A DNA stretch of 64,000 bases from Pseudomonadota bacterium (GTDB lineage Bacteria > Pseudomonadota > Gammaproteobacteria > Burkholderiales > Chitinibacteraceae), in contig JAPLQI010000110.1 of NCBI GenBank assembly GCA_026399755.1, positions 1,603 through 65,602 on the forward strand, in the 5' to 3' direction. The position numbers were made by a program, and so were the translations under genes. A model generated the notes under the pieces. The model saw only the letters and a program-made list of their open reading frames with translations. It was not told where the DNA came from and did not search any database. How positions within the stretch are numbered: the first letter of the stretch is position 1; each line of letters begins with the position of its first letter. Below, piece after piece: positions 1-10,413 of the stretch.

Positions 1-196
1 AAGCGGGGCGGGGTTTCGGCCAGGGAGCGAGGAACGAGCCAATCCCGCCTGCCGCTGACTCGATTGTCCGCAGCGCAGGGGCCTTCGTGTTTCGTGGGGC
101 GGCCTTCTTTGGCTTCGTTTCTTGGCCGTTCAAGAAAGGAAGGCCCCCGCGGTGGCAACCGCTCCAAAATCAACGTGCCGAAGGCACTAAAAAAAA
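1..196 (+). mobile_element. MITE-like dispersed element, copy A (cut by window edge)
   Basis: Core matches copies at 5503, 7340, 20066, 40984, 41186 and 62393; ends in the GTGCC-GAA-GGCAC hairpin at 175-187. Confidence 0.85.
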
Positions 197-218
197 CGAT
201 TTAGATTTACACACAACA

Positions 219-270
219 TGCAACCCACCACTGTTGCACTACTCCCTCCCCACTGTTGCAAATTGCAACA
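219..270. promoter_or_regulatory. Candidate enhancer-binding-protein upstream activator sites
   Basis: Two palindromes, TGCAAC-N8-GTTGCA (219-238) and TGTTGCA-AAT-TGCAACA (254-270), about 155-200 bp upstream of a sigma54-type promoter. Confidence 0.5.
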
Positions 271-422
271 CCAGTAAGCAAATAAACGGAATGAAATATA
301 CCCTAAGTGCTTGTAAACAAGAAAAATAATGCCTCTAGTGTATCTCGCACTGCAATATACAAACTATTTACGCCAGCTTTCACTACGATTTCACCCATAT
401 TGCACCGCATCATCAAACTCGC

Positions 423-439
423 CCGGCACACTTTCTGCT
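423..439 (+). promoter_or_regulatory. sigma54 -24/-12 promoter
   Basis: CCGGCACACTTTCTGCT, with GG (425-426) and GC (437-438) at the canonical 12-nt offset, 50 nt before the ALDH start. Confidence 0.65.
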
Positions 440-488
440 GATACCCGTGTACGCGGGCAAAACGCCCCTCTACCTTCAGGAGATAAGC

Positions 489-2009
489 ATGAGTGCATTG
501 ATTCCAGGCCAGTATGGTTTTCCACTGCAATTAAAATCGCGCTACGCCAACTATATCAATGGCGAATGGCATGCACCGCTGGCTGGGCAATACTTTGAAA
601 ACATCAGCCCCATCACCGGCAAGGTGATTTGCGAAATCCCGCGCTCTGACGCTACTGATATCGAAATGGCGCTCGACGCCGCCCACGCAGCCAAAGGCGC
701 TTGGGGCAAAACATCGACCACCGAACGCGCCAATATCCTGAATAAAATTGCCGACCGTATCGAGGCCAATCTAGACATGTTGGCCACGGTAGAAACATGG
801 GATAACGGCAAGCCGATTCGTGAAACCCGCGCTGCTGATTTACCCTTAGCCATCGATCACTTCCGCTATTTTGCTGGGGCGATTCGGGCGCAGGAAGGCA
901 GCATTGGCCAAATCGATAACGATACCGTGGCCTATCATTTTCATGAGCCGCTAGGCGTGGTGGGGCAGATTATTCCGTGGAATTTCCCGCTGCTAATGGC
1001 AACATGGAAGCTGGCCCCAGCGCTGGCTGCCGGTAATTGCGTAGTACTCAAGCCTGCCGAACAAACACCGCTCAGCATTTTAGTGTTGATGGAAGTGATC
1101 GGCGATTTACTGCCCAAAGGCGTGCTCAATATCGTTAACGGCTTTGGCTTAGAGGCAGGCAAGCCACTGGCCTCCAGCTCGCGTATCGCCAAAATCGCCT
1201 TCACGGGCGAGACCACCACCGGCCGCTTAATCATGCAATATGCGGCGCAAAACCTGATTCCGGTGACGCTAGAGCTGGGTGGCAAATCGCCGAATATCTT
1301 TATGCCCGATGTGATGAAGCACGACGATGCTTTCTTTAATAAGGCCATCGAAGGCTTTGTGATGTTTGCGCTCAACCAAGGCGAAGTCTGCACCTGCCCT
1401 AGCCGCGCACTGATTCATGAATCCATTTATGACGCCTTTATGGACCGCGCACTGACTCGCGTAGCCGCGATTAAGCAAGGCAATCCGCTGGATGCCAGTA
1501 CCATGCTCGGCGCGCAATCGTCTATGGAGCAAATGGAGAAAATCAGCGCTTACTTAGATATCGGCAAGCAAGAAGGCGCAAAAGTATTGGCAGGCGGCGC
1601 ACGTGCAACGCTGGCGGGGGAATTAGCGGGCGGCTATTACATCCAGCCAACTGTTTTCCAAGGCCATAATAAGATGCGGATTTTCCAAGAAGAAATCTTC
1701 GGCCCCGTGGTTTCTGTGACCACCTTTAAAGACGAAAACGAAGCTTTAGAAATCGCCAACGATACGCTCTATGGCCTAGGTGCTGGCCTGTGGACGCGGG
1801 ACACGCATGCTGCTTATCGCATGGGCCGCGAAATTCAAGCGGGCCGAGTATGGACCAACTGCTACCACGCCTACCCCGCCCATGCGGCCTTCGGCGGTTA
1901 CAAGCAATCGGGCATAGGGCGTGAAAACCACAAAATGATGCTCGATCACTACCAGCAAACCAAAAACCTATTGGTGAGCTACAGCCCGGATGCTTTAGGG
2001 TTTTTCTAA
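489..2009 (+). CDS. aldB: NAD-dependent aldehyde dehydrogenase (AldB/ExaC/AcoD type)
   Basis: Motifs [16 protein letters not shown], catalytic Cys in [15 protein letters not shown]; start moved to ATG 489 behind the AGGAG RBS. Confidence 0.93.
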   Translation: MSALIPGQYGFPLQLKSRYANYINGEWHAPLAGQYFENISPITGKVICEIPRSDATDIEMALDAAHAAKGAWGKTSTTERANILNKIADRIEANLDMLATVETWDNGKPIRETRAADLPLAIDHFRYFAGAIRAQEGSIGQIDNDTVAYHFHEPLGVVGQIIPWNFPLLMATWKLAPALAAGNCVVLKPAEQTPLSILVLMEVIGDLLPKGVLNIVNGFGLEAGKPLASSSRIAKIAFTGETTTGRLIMQYAAQNLIPVTLELGGKSPNIFMPDVMKHDDAFFNKAIEGFVMFALNQGEVCTCPSRALIHESIYDAFMDRALTRVAAIKQGNPLDASTMLGAQSSMEQMEKISAYLDIGKQEGAKVLAGGARATLAGELAGGYYIQPTVFQGHNKMRIFQEEIFGPVVSVTTFKDENEALEIANDTLYGLGAGLWTRDTHAAYRMGREIQAGRVWTNCYHAYPAHAAFGGYKQSGIGRENHKMMLDHYQQTKNLLVSYSPDALGFF

Positions 2010-2056
2010 GCAAAGTGCTGCCTGAGTAAGATCAAGCAACTCAGCAACGAAACTAA

Positions 2057-2088
2057 CCCCTCCCCTTTTGGGGAGAGGTTGGGGAGAG
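2057..2088. repeat. CCCCTCCCC...GGGGAGAGG palindromic repeat
   Basis: CCCCTCCCCTTTTGGGGAGAGGTTGGGGAGAG; related tract at 20386-20420. Confidence 0.5.
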
Positions 2089-2094
2089 TGATTC

Positions 2095-2427
2095 ATGAAT
2101 ATGCAAGTTACCGCCACCCCAGCAGCACTTGCCTTAATTAAAACACTGGAAGCCAAGTATGGCCCCTTGATGTTTCATCAATCAGGCGGTTGTTGCGATG
2201 GCAGCTCGCCTATGTGCTTTCAGGCCGGGGAACTCATTATTGGTGACAGCGATGTACTGCTGGGTGAAATTGGCGGCATGCCTTTTTATATGGGCGCGGC
2301 ACAATTTACTTACTGGCAACATACTCAATTAATTATTGATGTAGTGGCAGGGCGAGGCGGAATGTTCTCTTTAGAGGGCGCAACAGGCTTACGCTTTTTA
2401 ACTCGCTCTAAATTTTGCCCCATATAA
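2095..2427 (+). CDS. DUF779 family protein
   Basis: HQSGGCCDGSSPMC motif; the family is typically found next to AldB-type ALDH genes. Confidence 0.88.
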   Translation: MNMQVTATPAALALIKTLEAKYGPLMFHQSGGCCDGSSPMCFQAGELIIGDSDVLLGEIGGMPFYMGAAQFTYWQHTQLIIDVVAGRGGMFSLEGATGLRFLTRSKFCPI

Positions 2428-2548
2428 TCAAATAAAAAATATTTACATACCTCAATATATTTTTATGAAAAAAGATAAATAACCTAAATCATAAAGCAAT
2501 TGCTAAAATATAAGGATTAATCATCACTCCCAATCACCGAGATTATCA

Positions 2549-3556
2549 ATGCTCTCCAATCTGCGCTTTTTTAGAAGCTCCTTCATCGTCACGGTGCTTG
2601 GTTTAGCCGCCGCCTACTGGTTAGGCGGCCCTAAGGCCATGTTTATTGCCGCCATTTTATCGGTATTAGAAGTGTCCCTTTCTTTTGATAATGCAGTTGT
2701 TAATGCAACTGTACTGAAAGACATGGATGCCGTTTGGCGCAAACGCTTTATGACTTGGGGTATGCTCATTGCCGTGTTTGGGATGCGCGTTATTTTTCCC
2801 GTACTGATTGTAGCCGTCATTGCACACCTCAGCCCTTGGGCTGCTTTAATGATGGCAGTCAGCCAGCCAGAACAATACGCCACCGCTTTAACCTCATCTC
2901 ATATCATGGTGGCAGGCTTTGGTGGTGCATTTTTAATGATGGTGTTTTTAAAGTTCTTTTTTGACCAAGATAAAGAGGTTCACTGGTTACATATTGTTGA
3001 ATCACCTTTGGTTAAAATGGGCAAAATGGGTGGAATTGAAATTGGCATTTGCCTTATTCTTGCCTACGTTTTTTCTACTCAACTTAATAATGCCGAACAG
3101 CTTAGTTTTATTTTAGCGTCTATTATCGGGATTGTGACTTATATTGTTGTTGATGGTTTGGGTTCATTATTAAGTAGTGAAGAAAACCATGGCCAAACAA
3201 CCGTAGTTAGAACAGGTTTCTCCGCATTTATGTATTTAGAAGTACTCGATGCAAGCTTTAGTTTTGATGGTGTAATTGGTGCATTTGCCCTATCAAATAA
3301 TATTTTCATTATTGCGATTGGTTTAGGTATTGGCGCGATGTTTGTTCGCTCACTCACCATTATGTTTGTTGAAAAAGAAACACTTGATCAATTTAGATAT
3401 CTGGAACACGGTGCATTTTATGCAATTGGTGCACTGGCCTTTATTATGTTTATTGGTACATTCCATGAAATCCCAGAAGTCATTACCGGCTTAATAGGTG
3501 CGGGCTTAATTGGTATTTCTTTACTTGCATCGCTGAATTACAATAAAAAAAATTAA
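2549..3556 (+). CDS. DUF475 / TerC-like integral membrane protein
   Basis: Multiple hydrophobic helices; LEVSLSFDNAVVNA and LDASFSFDGVIGAFA motifs. Confidence 0.88.
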   Translation: MLSNLRFFRSSFIVTVLGLAAAYWLGGPKAMFIAAILSVLEVSLSFDNAVVNATVLKDMDAVWRKRFMTWGMLIAVFGMRVIFPVLIVAVIAHLSPWAALMMAVSQPEQYATALTSSHIMVAGFGGAFLMMVFLKFFFDQDKEVHWLHIVESPLVKMGKMGGIEIGICLILAYVFSTQLNNAEQLSFILASIIGIVTYIVVDGLGSLLSSEENHGQTTVVRTGFSAFMYLEVLDASFSFDGVIGAFALSNNIFIIAIGLGIGAMFVRSLTIMFVEKETLDQFRYLEHGAFYAIGALAFIMFIGTFHEIPEVITGLIGAGLIGISLLASLNYNKKN

Positions 3557-3570
3557 TTAAAATAAAAACT

Positions 3571-3600
3571 AAAAAAGGCGATATTTATATCGCCTTTTTT
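3571..3600. terminator. Intrinsic terminator (symmetric)
   Basis: AAAAAAGGCGATAT-TT-ATATCGCCTTTTTT, 15 nt after the stop codon. Confidence 0.85.
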
Positions 3601-3801
3601 ATTGCTTACTATAAGACATCGCATCCACTTTTTAAGCATCATCACCAATAAATTTCAAAAAACTTACCAACAGCAAGAAAAAACTTTCAAAAAGCCGTAC
3701 AAAAAAACAATCCGCTTATCAGCTTACTTAAATAATTGGTTTTAAATAAATAAAAACAGTCGTACATTTCAAAGGTCATTCTGACCAAACAAGTGAATAT
3801 C

Positions 3802-5418
3802 ATGAAAGTTAAGAATAAGCTAATGTTGCTCTCAGGCAGCCTGATTAGTATTATTTTAATGCTTACTGCGCTTAGCCTGTCTTGCCTAGAAAGTGGCTCT
3901 AAAAACTTCCAAACCACGATTGCAGATCGGGTTATGCCATTAGTGCAGCTAAAAAGCGTCTCCGATATGTACGCCATTAATATCGTCGATACCGTACACA
4001 AAATCACCAATGGCAGCCTTAGCCCCGTAGCGGGCTTAGAGAATGTAAGGACGGCGCGAAAAACCATCCAAGAAGAATGGCAAATTTATAAAAACACCGA
4101 GCTCACCCCCGAAGAAAACAGGCTGGTGCAACTGGCCGATAAAAGTATGATTCCTGCCGCAACTAGCTTTGATCAACTCGAAAAATTATTAGAGAGCCGC
4201 AATTTTGGCGCGCTCAATGAATATGCCGCTACCACGCTTTACCAGAGCGTTGATCCTATTACCGATGCGGTAGATAAGCTCATTAAATTGCAGCTGAATG
4301 TGGCCAAAGATAATTTAGAAGCATTCAAACAAAGCCATCATCAAGCCATCTTAGGCGGCGCGCTATTTGTACTAATTGCTACCCTTTCAGGTATTTTTCT
4401 TACCATTTGGATCATCCGCTCCTTACTTAAGGACTTAGGTGGAGAGCCAAGCGATATGCGCTCTGCAGCCACACGGATCTCCGAAGGCGATTTGGCCTCG
4501 CCGGTGCATGTGCCCAGTAATATGCGAGATAGCTTGGCTGGCGCAATGGAATCGATGCGCACCCAATTATCTGCACTCGTAGAAAACATTCAAAACTCCT
4601 CCACTCAGCTTGCCACCGATGCGGCACAAACCCGCAGCAGCAGCCAAGAAGTACACGAATCAGCAGGGGAGCAAAGCGATGCCGCCGCCAGAATGGCTGC
4701 CGCTGTAGAAGAATTATCGACCGGCATGGCCCATCTAAAAGATTATTCAAGCTATGCCTATGAAGTAGCTAGCAACTCTGGTCTACAGGCAGAGCAAGGA
4801 GCGCAAGCCTTGGAGGAGCTCACCAAAGAGATGCAAATCGTCTCTGATAGCGCCCATATCGTCACCGATACCGTAAACAACCTTGAAGAACACAGCGCCA
4901 GCATTGGCCGAGTCGCTCGTGTGATTCAGGATATTGCCGAACAAACCAATCTACTCGCTCTGAACGCCGCCATTGAAGCAGCCCGAGCAGGCGAACAAGG
5001 CCGTGGCTTTGCTGTGGTAGCCGATGAAGTGCGCAAATTGGCCGAGCGCACCACCCAAGCCACTCGAGAAATCCAAGAGACGCTAGGCACCATCACCAGT
5101 ACCACTCACGATGCTGCGAGCAATATGCGTAACAGCCTAAGCCAAACCGAGCTGGCTTTGGAGCATGCCCATCGCAGCAGCGAAATGCTGGTGCTAATCA
5201 AAAAAAGTGCTGTAGAAACCAAAGATGCCATGGCCAAAATCACCGATGCCCTAGCCGAGCAAAACACCGCAGGCCAAGAGATCGCCGTGAATGTGCAATT
5301 AATTGCCGTGATGACCGAGCGCTCATTCTCTGCGTCTAAAGAAATCAATATCGCCGTGGACAATAACGCCCAGCTAGCGCAAACACTGAGGTTGGCGGCG
5401 GTACGGTTTAGTTGTTGA
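3802..5418 (+). CDS. Methyl-accepting chemotaxis protein (4HB-type periplasmic sensor, HAMP, MA domain)
   Basis: Two TM segments; [40 protein letters not shown] signature; start is 3793 (GTG) or 3802 (ATG). Confidence 0.93.
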   Translation: MKVKNKLMLLSGSLISIILMLTALSLSCLESGSKNFQTTIADRVMPLVQLKSVSDMYAINIVDTVHKITNGSLSPVAGLENVRTARKTIQEEWQIYKNTELTPEENRLVQLADKSMIPAATSFDQLEKLLESRNFGALNEYAATTLYQSVDPITDAVDKLIKLQLNVAKDNLEAFKQSHHQAILGGALFVLIATLSGIFLTIWIIRSLLKDLGGEPSDMRSAATRISEGDLASPVHVPSNMRDSLAGAMESMRTQLSALVENIQNSSTQLATDAAQTRSSSQEVHESAGEQSDAAARMAAAVEELSTGMAHLKDYSSYAYEVASNSGLQAEQGAQALEELTKEMQIVSDSAHIVTDTVNNLEEHSASIGRVARVIQDIAEQTNLLALNAAIEAARAGEQGRGFAVVADEVRKLAERTTQATREIQETLGTITSTTHDAASNMRNSLSQTELALEHAHRSSEMLVLIKKSAVETKDAMAKITDALAEQNTAGQEIAVNVQLIAVMTERSFSASKEINIAVDNNAQLAQTLRLAAVRFSC

Positions 5419-5426
5419 AGGCGTTT

Positions 5427-5470
5427 ACAAACAACAATGGCCGCGAATATTCGCGGCCATTGTTGTTTGT
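5427..5470. repeat. Perfect 44-bp palindrome, probably a terminator between convergent genes
   Basis: ACAAACAACAATGGCCGCGAAT followed directly by its exact reverse complement. Confidence 0.8.
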
Positions 5471-5502
5471 AGGAGTGTTGAGTCACTGGGCGGGTACAAC
5501 CG

Positions 5503-5835
5503 CATTGTGCTAACCACAAGACAAAAAGACCTTCTGAGTGCCTTCGGCACGTTGTATTTTGGTGCGGGATCCCCGCGAAGTATTTGATTTCTGCTTCGCC
5601 AAGAAAGTAAGTAAAGAAGGCGACCCCACGAAACACGAAGGCCCCTTCGCTGCGGACAATCGAGTCGGCGGCGGTCGGGATTGGCTCGTTCCTCGCTCCC
5701 TGGCCGAAACCCCGCCCCGCTTGTTCCTCGCTACGGCGTTTTTCAAGGGGATTTTAAAAAGCCCTGTGCAAAGAGCGTGGTTGTTATGCTTTTTCGCTGT
5801 TTTCTAATGAAAAAACAATTTGCTTAGCTTGTATG
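5503..5835 (-). mobile_element. MITE-like element, copy B (near full length)
   Basis: Degenerate 17-bp terminal inverted repeats at 5503-5519 and 5819-5835; core 5538-5764; REP-core-like flanks. Confidence 0.85.
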
Positions 5836-5886
5836 TGGTGGAACCTGCCAAGCTTTGCCACAACCTGCTACAACCTGCTACAAAAA

Positions 5887-5908
5887 CGGTGGGTTTCACC
5901 CACCCTAC
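5887..5908 (-). repeat. GTAG-type REP
   Basis: Reverse complement is GTAGGGTGGGTGAAACCCACCG. Confidence 0.8.
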
Positions 5909-5964
5909 GGTAATTCAATGATTGCGCAGCAGGTCGCTCAATCAAAAAATGCTCCCGAAACGTC

Positions 5965-7161
5965 CTAATCCTTAGATCCCTTTTGAAACCTTAAACCAAA
6001 TCCAAATTTATCATTCACCTGCTCGTGTGCGCTTTTGCCGTTGGTTTGGGTAAAATATTCCACCAGTTTAGTCACTTGTAAATTGCCGCCAATGTTTTCA
6101 ATCATGGCAATCGCGCACATCGATGCATTGCTGCCATTATCTAGACGCACTTCCACTGGCGCTCTGCCAGGCACTTCGATGGTGACTACGCCATCGGTTG
6201 CGGCCCAGTTGGCTGCGCCTTCATAGATAAAAGTAAAAATAAGCAGCCGCTTAATCTGAGCAAATTGATCGCCATTAATAAAGATATTTTCCCCGCCTGC
6301 ATTATTGCCAGAACGATCATCGCCTTCTAGGTGCACAAAAGGCGGCTGTGTAAAGCTGCCCCAGCTATTACCCAAAGCTTGCACACCACCTGGCGTGCCG
6401 TCGGCCATTTGAAACAAGCAAGCTAAATCAAGATCAATCCGATTGCTGGATGCAGGTTTATTAATCAGCTTATTAAAAAAACCGCTTTTCTCAGGCTCGG
6501 CCAGCTGTGCCGATTGATTCCAGTTTAAATTAACCCGAATACGGCCAAAGCCACCGCTGGTGTTTTTCTCTAAGGAAACCTTATCACCACGTTTTTCCAG
6601 CGTAATTTTTGATAGAGAGATAGGCTTTGCTGCAGGTGCAGGTGCAGGTGCAGCAGATGTTTCTGCCTCAGTACCGCCAAAATGCTTGAGCAAAGCCGAT
6701 AAGCCACCATTAAAGCCCTGCCCCACCGCACCAAAACGCCATAAGCCATCTCGCCGGTATAGCTCACCAACAATCACCGCTTTTTCATCCTGAAAATCAG
6801 TGCCAGAGAATGCAAAAACGGCATCCCCTAAGCGCATAGAGCTGGCTCCTAATTGGCGCATCGCGCCATCGCCACTCACCGAAGCCGCAAAAACAAGTTT
6901 ATGAATGCTGTCTGGTAAACGAGCTAAATCGGTCATAAAACGGGCACTACTCGACCCCAACTCAAGCACCACAGCGTTATTTGGGCTGGCTTTCTGGTTA
7001 AAAAACACCATGTAGCGATCATCAGACAGCTGATCATTCGCATCCAAGCCAAAACAAGCGATATCCACATCCATACCCGCCATATTCAGCACCACAGGAA
7101 ACGATCCTGAGCAGCCCAAATCAGCCAACTTAGCCTTCTGTCCACGCGCAAAATTTGTCAT
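5965..7161 (-). CDS. terA: TerA-like protein (N-terminal TerD domain, Ala/Pro linker, C-terminal TerA-type domain)
   Basis: N-terminal GQGFNGGL TerD signature; C-terminal IDLDLACLF...VQALGN...GDDRSG. Confidence 0.8.
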   Translation of the reverse strand: MTNFARGQKAKLADLGCSGSFPVVLNMAGMDVDIACFGLDANDQLSDDRYMVFFNQKASPNNAVVLELGSSSARFMTDLARLPDSIHKLVFAASVSGDGAMRQLGASSMRLGDAVFAFSGTDFQDEKAVIVGELYRRDGLWRFGAVGQGFNGGLSALLKHFGGTEAETSAAPAPAPAAKPISLSKITLEKRGDKVSLEKNTSGGFGRIRVNLNWNQSAQLAEPEKSGFFNKLINKPASSNRIDLDLACLFQMADGTPGGVQALGNSWGSFTQPPFVHLEGDDRSGNNAGGENIFINGDQFAQIKRLLIFTFIYEGAANWAATDGVVTIEVPGRAPVEVRLDNGSNASMCAIAMIENIGGNLQVTKLVEYFTQTNGKSAHEQVNDKFGFGLRFQKGSKD

Positions 7162-7203
7162 GATTCTCGATCTTTAATGAATTAGTCAGTGATATAACGA
7201 AGA

Positions 7204-7260
7204 AAAGCCCAAATCTTGAAACACGGAGGACACAGAGAACACGGAGTTTCACGGAGAAAA
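7204..7260 (+). repeat. CACGGAG 9-mer family repeat
   Basis: CCCAAATCTTGAA followed by four CAC(G/A)GAG units; other copies at 18355, 18630, 31821, 31893, 40845. Confidence 0.85.
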
Positions 7261-7339
7261 CTATGAAATAAATAAAGCCCTATTCTTTAAGTTGTCAGCA
7301 TTCTCAAACCTGATAATCTGGGTTTTCATCACGGCTCGT

Positions 7340-7590
7340 AGCATGGGGCTTAAATCCCCCCTGAAGCCGCGACACGAGGAATAAGCGGGGCGGGGTTTCG
7401 GAAAAGGGCTAGCGAGGCAGCGAGCGAGCAGCCTTTTTCACCGAGCCGATTATCCGCAGTGAGGGGCCTTCGTGCTTTTGAGGTTGCGATTTTGCTTCCT
7501 TTCTTGGCCGTTCAAGAAAGGGACTCCCGCACCAAAATCAACGTGCCGAAGGTACTAATAAAAGCCTTTTTGACTTTGTTCAGCACCTAA
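7340..7590 (+). mobile_element. MITE-like element, copy C (degenerate)
   Basis: Diverged core; right terminal repeat TTTGTTCAGCACCTAA at 7575-7590 abuts a REP core. Confidence 0.75.
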
Positions 7591-7651
7591 GGGCTAAAAC
7601 CCGCGTATTTCTACATTAAAAAAGCAAATACGCGGGTTTCACCCGCCCTAC
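7591..7651. repeat. REP doublet (REPIN)
   Basis: AAACCCGCGTATTT...AAATACGCGGGTTTCACCCGCCCTAC. Confidence 0.85.
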
Positions 7652-7674
7652 AAATGCCCAAGGCGCAGCCCCCC

Positions 7675-8562
7675 TCACACCATCGAATGAATCCCAAACA
7701 CCCTTGCCTGCTCCAGTACCCCATGCGCCCAAGCGCGGTGGGTGGCTACTTCGCACATGGAATCGTGCATTCTAAATACGGCAGGGCTGGATTCATCGAT
7801 GATCCTCATCGCCACATCCACATCCCGATGCTGCACCCGATAGTGCTGCTCGATCAGCGCCACTTGGCTAGGGTGAATCGCGGTTTTGCCTATCATGCCG
7901 TGGGCCAAGTCTTCTTCTACTTCCAGAGCCAGCAGGCTTGGGTTATCTAAATGCTCAAAAACAGGCGCAGTCAGCACAAAGCCGTAAGGGCGAAAAATGG
8001 TCACCAGCTTTGAGATCACGGCCCCCAGCGGGGTTCGGTAAATTGTAAGATGCCGCGGCCTGCGAATGCCCAATAGCGCCAGCAAATCATTTCCACCAAT
8101 CCGCAGGGCCTGAATATGATCCCGCACGCCGGGGCGCTCTAGGCAAAGGCGTAGCTGCTTCATCTCGGCATCATCAAACACTTCCACCGTTTCTAGCGTG
8201 GGCATCAGCATAAATTGCGTTTTGCGGATCTGATTAAAGTAAGCGTCAAAATTATGCTGAGTAATTTTCGGCAGCACAAAGCCTGTCAGTTTTTCCACGC
8301 CAGGCATTTCTAGCACGCGCTTCAGCACTTCCGGGTTTCTAACCCGCACAAAACGCTCGGTTGTAGGCCGCTCAACCATCTGTTGCAAGACAAGCGATAG
8401 GCTAAACAGGGCGTAGCTCAGCTCGCTTTCTGCCACTGCGTCTTCGGTACAAAAAATCACTGAGCGCAGCTCACCCAGCAACTCGCCATCAGCAATCTGC
8501 AGCAAATCCTTGTGGGTGGCGGGCACGTAGAGCGATGCCCCCATAACTTTATGATTAGCCAT
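7675..8562 (-). CDS. HpcH/HpaI aldolase / citrate lyase beta-like protein (ter-associated)
   Basis: GASLYVPA, VIFCTEDAV, IGGNDL, GKTAIHPSQ; overlaps the upstream gene. Confidence 0.85.
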   Translation of the reverse strand: MANHKVMGASLYVPATHKDLLQIADGELLGELRSVIFCTEDAVAESELSYALFSLSLVLQQMVERPTTERFVRVRNPEVLKRVLEMPGVEKLTGFVLPKITQHNFDAYFNQIRKTQFMLMPTLETVEVFDDAEMKQLRLCLERPGVRDHIQALRIGGNDLLALLGIRRPRHLTIYRTPLGAVISKLVTIFRPYGFVLTAPVFEHLDNPSLLALEVEEDLAHGMIGKTAIHPSQVALIEQHYRVQHRDVDVAMRIIDESSPAVFRMHDSMCEVATHRAWAHGVLEQARVFGIHSMV

Positions 8563-9664
8563 CTAAAACACTCCCAATCAGTGATACCGCTTGATAAGGC
8601 AAGCCCGCGTCCACAATGAGCGGTACGTTTTTTTCTATTGCCAGTAGCTTTAAATGCGCCACATCGGCTACCGCCGGATCGCGCAAAATCAAGAGCCTTG
8701 GCACTCTGCGCAGCAACACACGGGTGGCTTCGCCTATACCTGGCTTGATCAGATTAACATCTTCAACACCGTACTGTTCTTGTGTTGCTTGCAAAAAATC
8801 AGCTGAAATCTGGGCCATTTTTACCCGATCAATCGGCAATGCTGCAGCTGGTACGCCATGCTGTTCCGCCAAGCGAGTCGCATCGGCGACCAAACCATCA
8901 GAAAACACTTGCGACTGATCTTGCGACTCAAACTCATCGTAATAAACGCAGCCATGAAAATCATCCGGCCCAATCGAATCATTCAGTACCGAGCGGCTAA
9001 CTAGGCCAGAAACGGTGGCGTTTAAGATGCTGGACGGGATCAGATAATCTTCTGCCGAGGCCGCGCACGCTGCCGTACCCGCTAGATCAGACAACACATA
9101 GAGCCCACTATCGATAGCGACACTATGCTGCAAATTAAACGCATTCACCGCCTGCTCCAGCACGCGTGAAATCACGCCCTTGCCGGTCCAGCCATCAATA
9201 AACACAATAGATTCCGGGCGATGCCCCTGCTGCAAAATATGCTGCAAGGCCACCGCATCAATGCCTCGATCACGAATAATCGACACCGAGTAATGCACTA
9301 CTTCCCGACCAAGCACACCTTGCAAAATATGCTTCAAAATCACGCCAACGGGTGTGCCTGCACGCACTAAGGAAACCAGCGTAATCGGCCCGCTACGTCT
9401 TGCGGCAATCAACGCCGCCAGCCTTAAGCAATCTCCTGCCATTTGCTGACGATTGGCCGCCAGTGCATCTTTAAAAACTTGCAAATAGCGAGGGGAAGGC
9501 AAGGACTCAGGAGACAGCATTTCACTGTAATGACGCGCGCCTGATTGAATCAAAAACTCTTTATTTGCCACATCAATAAACGGCTGTTGCGATAAGCGTT
9601 TAAGCAAAAAGCGCACATCATCCGGACGATAACTACCGCAAAAGCCGCGATTTCCAATATTCAT
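8555..9664 (-). CDS. StiP-like PRTase-fold protein with C-terminal PELOTA/L7Ae-like RNA-binding domain
   Basis: GSYRPDDVRFLLK, SLVRAGTP, FIDGWTGKG; C-terminal IKPGIGEATRVLLRRVP. Confidence 0.8.
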   Translation of the reverse strand: MNIGNRGFCGSYRPDDVRFLLKRLSQQPFIDVANKEFLIQSGARHYSEMLSPESLPSPRYLQVFKDALAANRQQMAGDCLRLAALIAARRSGPITLVSLVRAGTPVGVILKHILQGVLGREVVHYSVSIIRDRGIDAVALQHILQQGHRPESIVFIDGWTGKGVISRVLEQAVNAFNLQHSVAIDSGLYVLSDLAGTAACAASAEDYLIPSSILNATVSGLVSRSVLNDSIGPDDFHGCVYYDEFESQDQSQVFSDGLVADATRLAEQHGVPAAALPIDRVKMAQISADFLQATQEQYGVEDVNLIKPGIGEATRVLLRRVPRLLILRDPAVADVAHLKLLAIEKNVPLIVDAGLPYQAVSLIGSVLDG

Positions 9665-10413
9665 AAAGTGGCAACAGTCAGCTTGGCTAGCTGTGTGCCA
9701 TTTGGAATCAAGGCGTAATCACAGCTCGCCATAAAACGGGCATCCGATTGGCTATCGCCCATGCCGATGGTCATGATTTCACCGTGCTCTTTTTGCAGTA
9801 GTGAGCGCACATAGTCCACCGCGCGGGCCTTATTTAGTGTTTTTGGTAACACGGCTAAATTATTGCCATTGCGGTGAATAAAGAAATCTTTTCCCTCGCC
9901 CGCCACCCAAGGCGCAACGGCTTCACGCTCGATTTGCTCCAGATTGGCGTCAATTTTATCGGGGTCTTTAATCAGCGCATAAAATGGCGTATTGCAATCC
10001 TCAACCAAACGAGCGCGACCCTTTAAGCCGACTTTTTCGCAGTAGTTATCAATCACGCCCATCACCGCGTGCAAGCCAGGCAATGCCTGCTCCATATCCA
10101 CCCGCATCGCTTCCAGCCAAAACTCATCTACGCTGCCACAGGGCTTAAGCACCACGCCGCCATAATCAATGATGGAATAACTATTAAAAGGTAAATCTAC
10201 CCGACGCAAGGCATCTAGATTGCGCGCCGTGCTTGGAATCAGCGTCATGGATGCACTCATCATTTCAAAAAATGCACGCTGACGTGGCGTAGTGAATGAA
10301 ATAGCCACGCCGTCTTTCAGATAGCCGACCGGACGTAAATCCTCTACCCCAGCGCACTTACCTAGCGTTTGGAATAAGGTGTCGTCCAAATCAACGAACA
10401 GATATTTCTTCAA
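9661..10413 (-). CDS. HAD-superfamily phosphatase (ter-associated)
   Basis: Motif I DLDDT, STAR, K, GDSQSD; TTG start overlapping the upstream gene. Confidence 0.85.
   Translation of the reverse strand: MKKYLFVDLDDTLFQTLGKCAGVEDLRPVGYLKDGVAISFTTPRQRAFFEMMSASMTLIPSTARNLDALRRVDLPFNSYSIIDYGGVVLKPCGSVDEFWLEAMRVDMEQALPGLHAVMGVIDNYCEKVGLKGRARLVEDCNTPFYALIKDPDKIDANLEQIEREAVAPWVAGEGKDFFIHRNGNNLAVLPKTLNKARAVDYVRSLLQKEHGEIMTIGMGDSQSDARFMASCDYALIPNGTQLAKLTVATL

Noticed and set aside
2390-2427. Possibly shortened C-terminus of DUF779 (ends RSKFCPI)
   Set aside because: All conserved Cys motifs are present; truncation cannot be established without an alignment
2428-2548. yybP-ykoY (Mn2+) riboswitch expected upstream of TerC-like genes
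   Set aside because: The leader is short and AT-rich, with none of the conserved motif blocks I could recall
5861-5880. 10-bp tandem duplication CAACCTGCTA x2
   Set aside because: Lies within a REP spacer; most simply replication slippage
6628-6658. (GCAGGT)n microsatellite in terA
   Set aside because: In-frame Ala-Pro linker code, not a phase-variation tract
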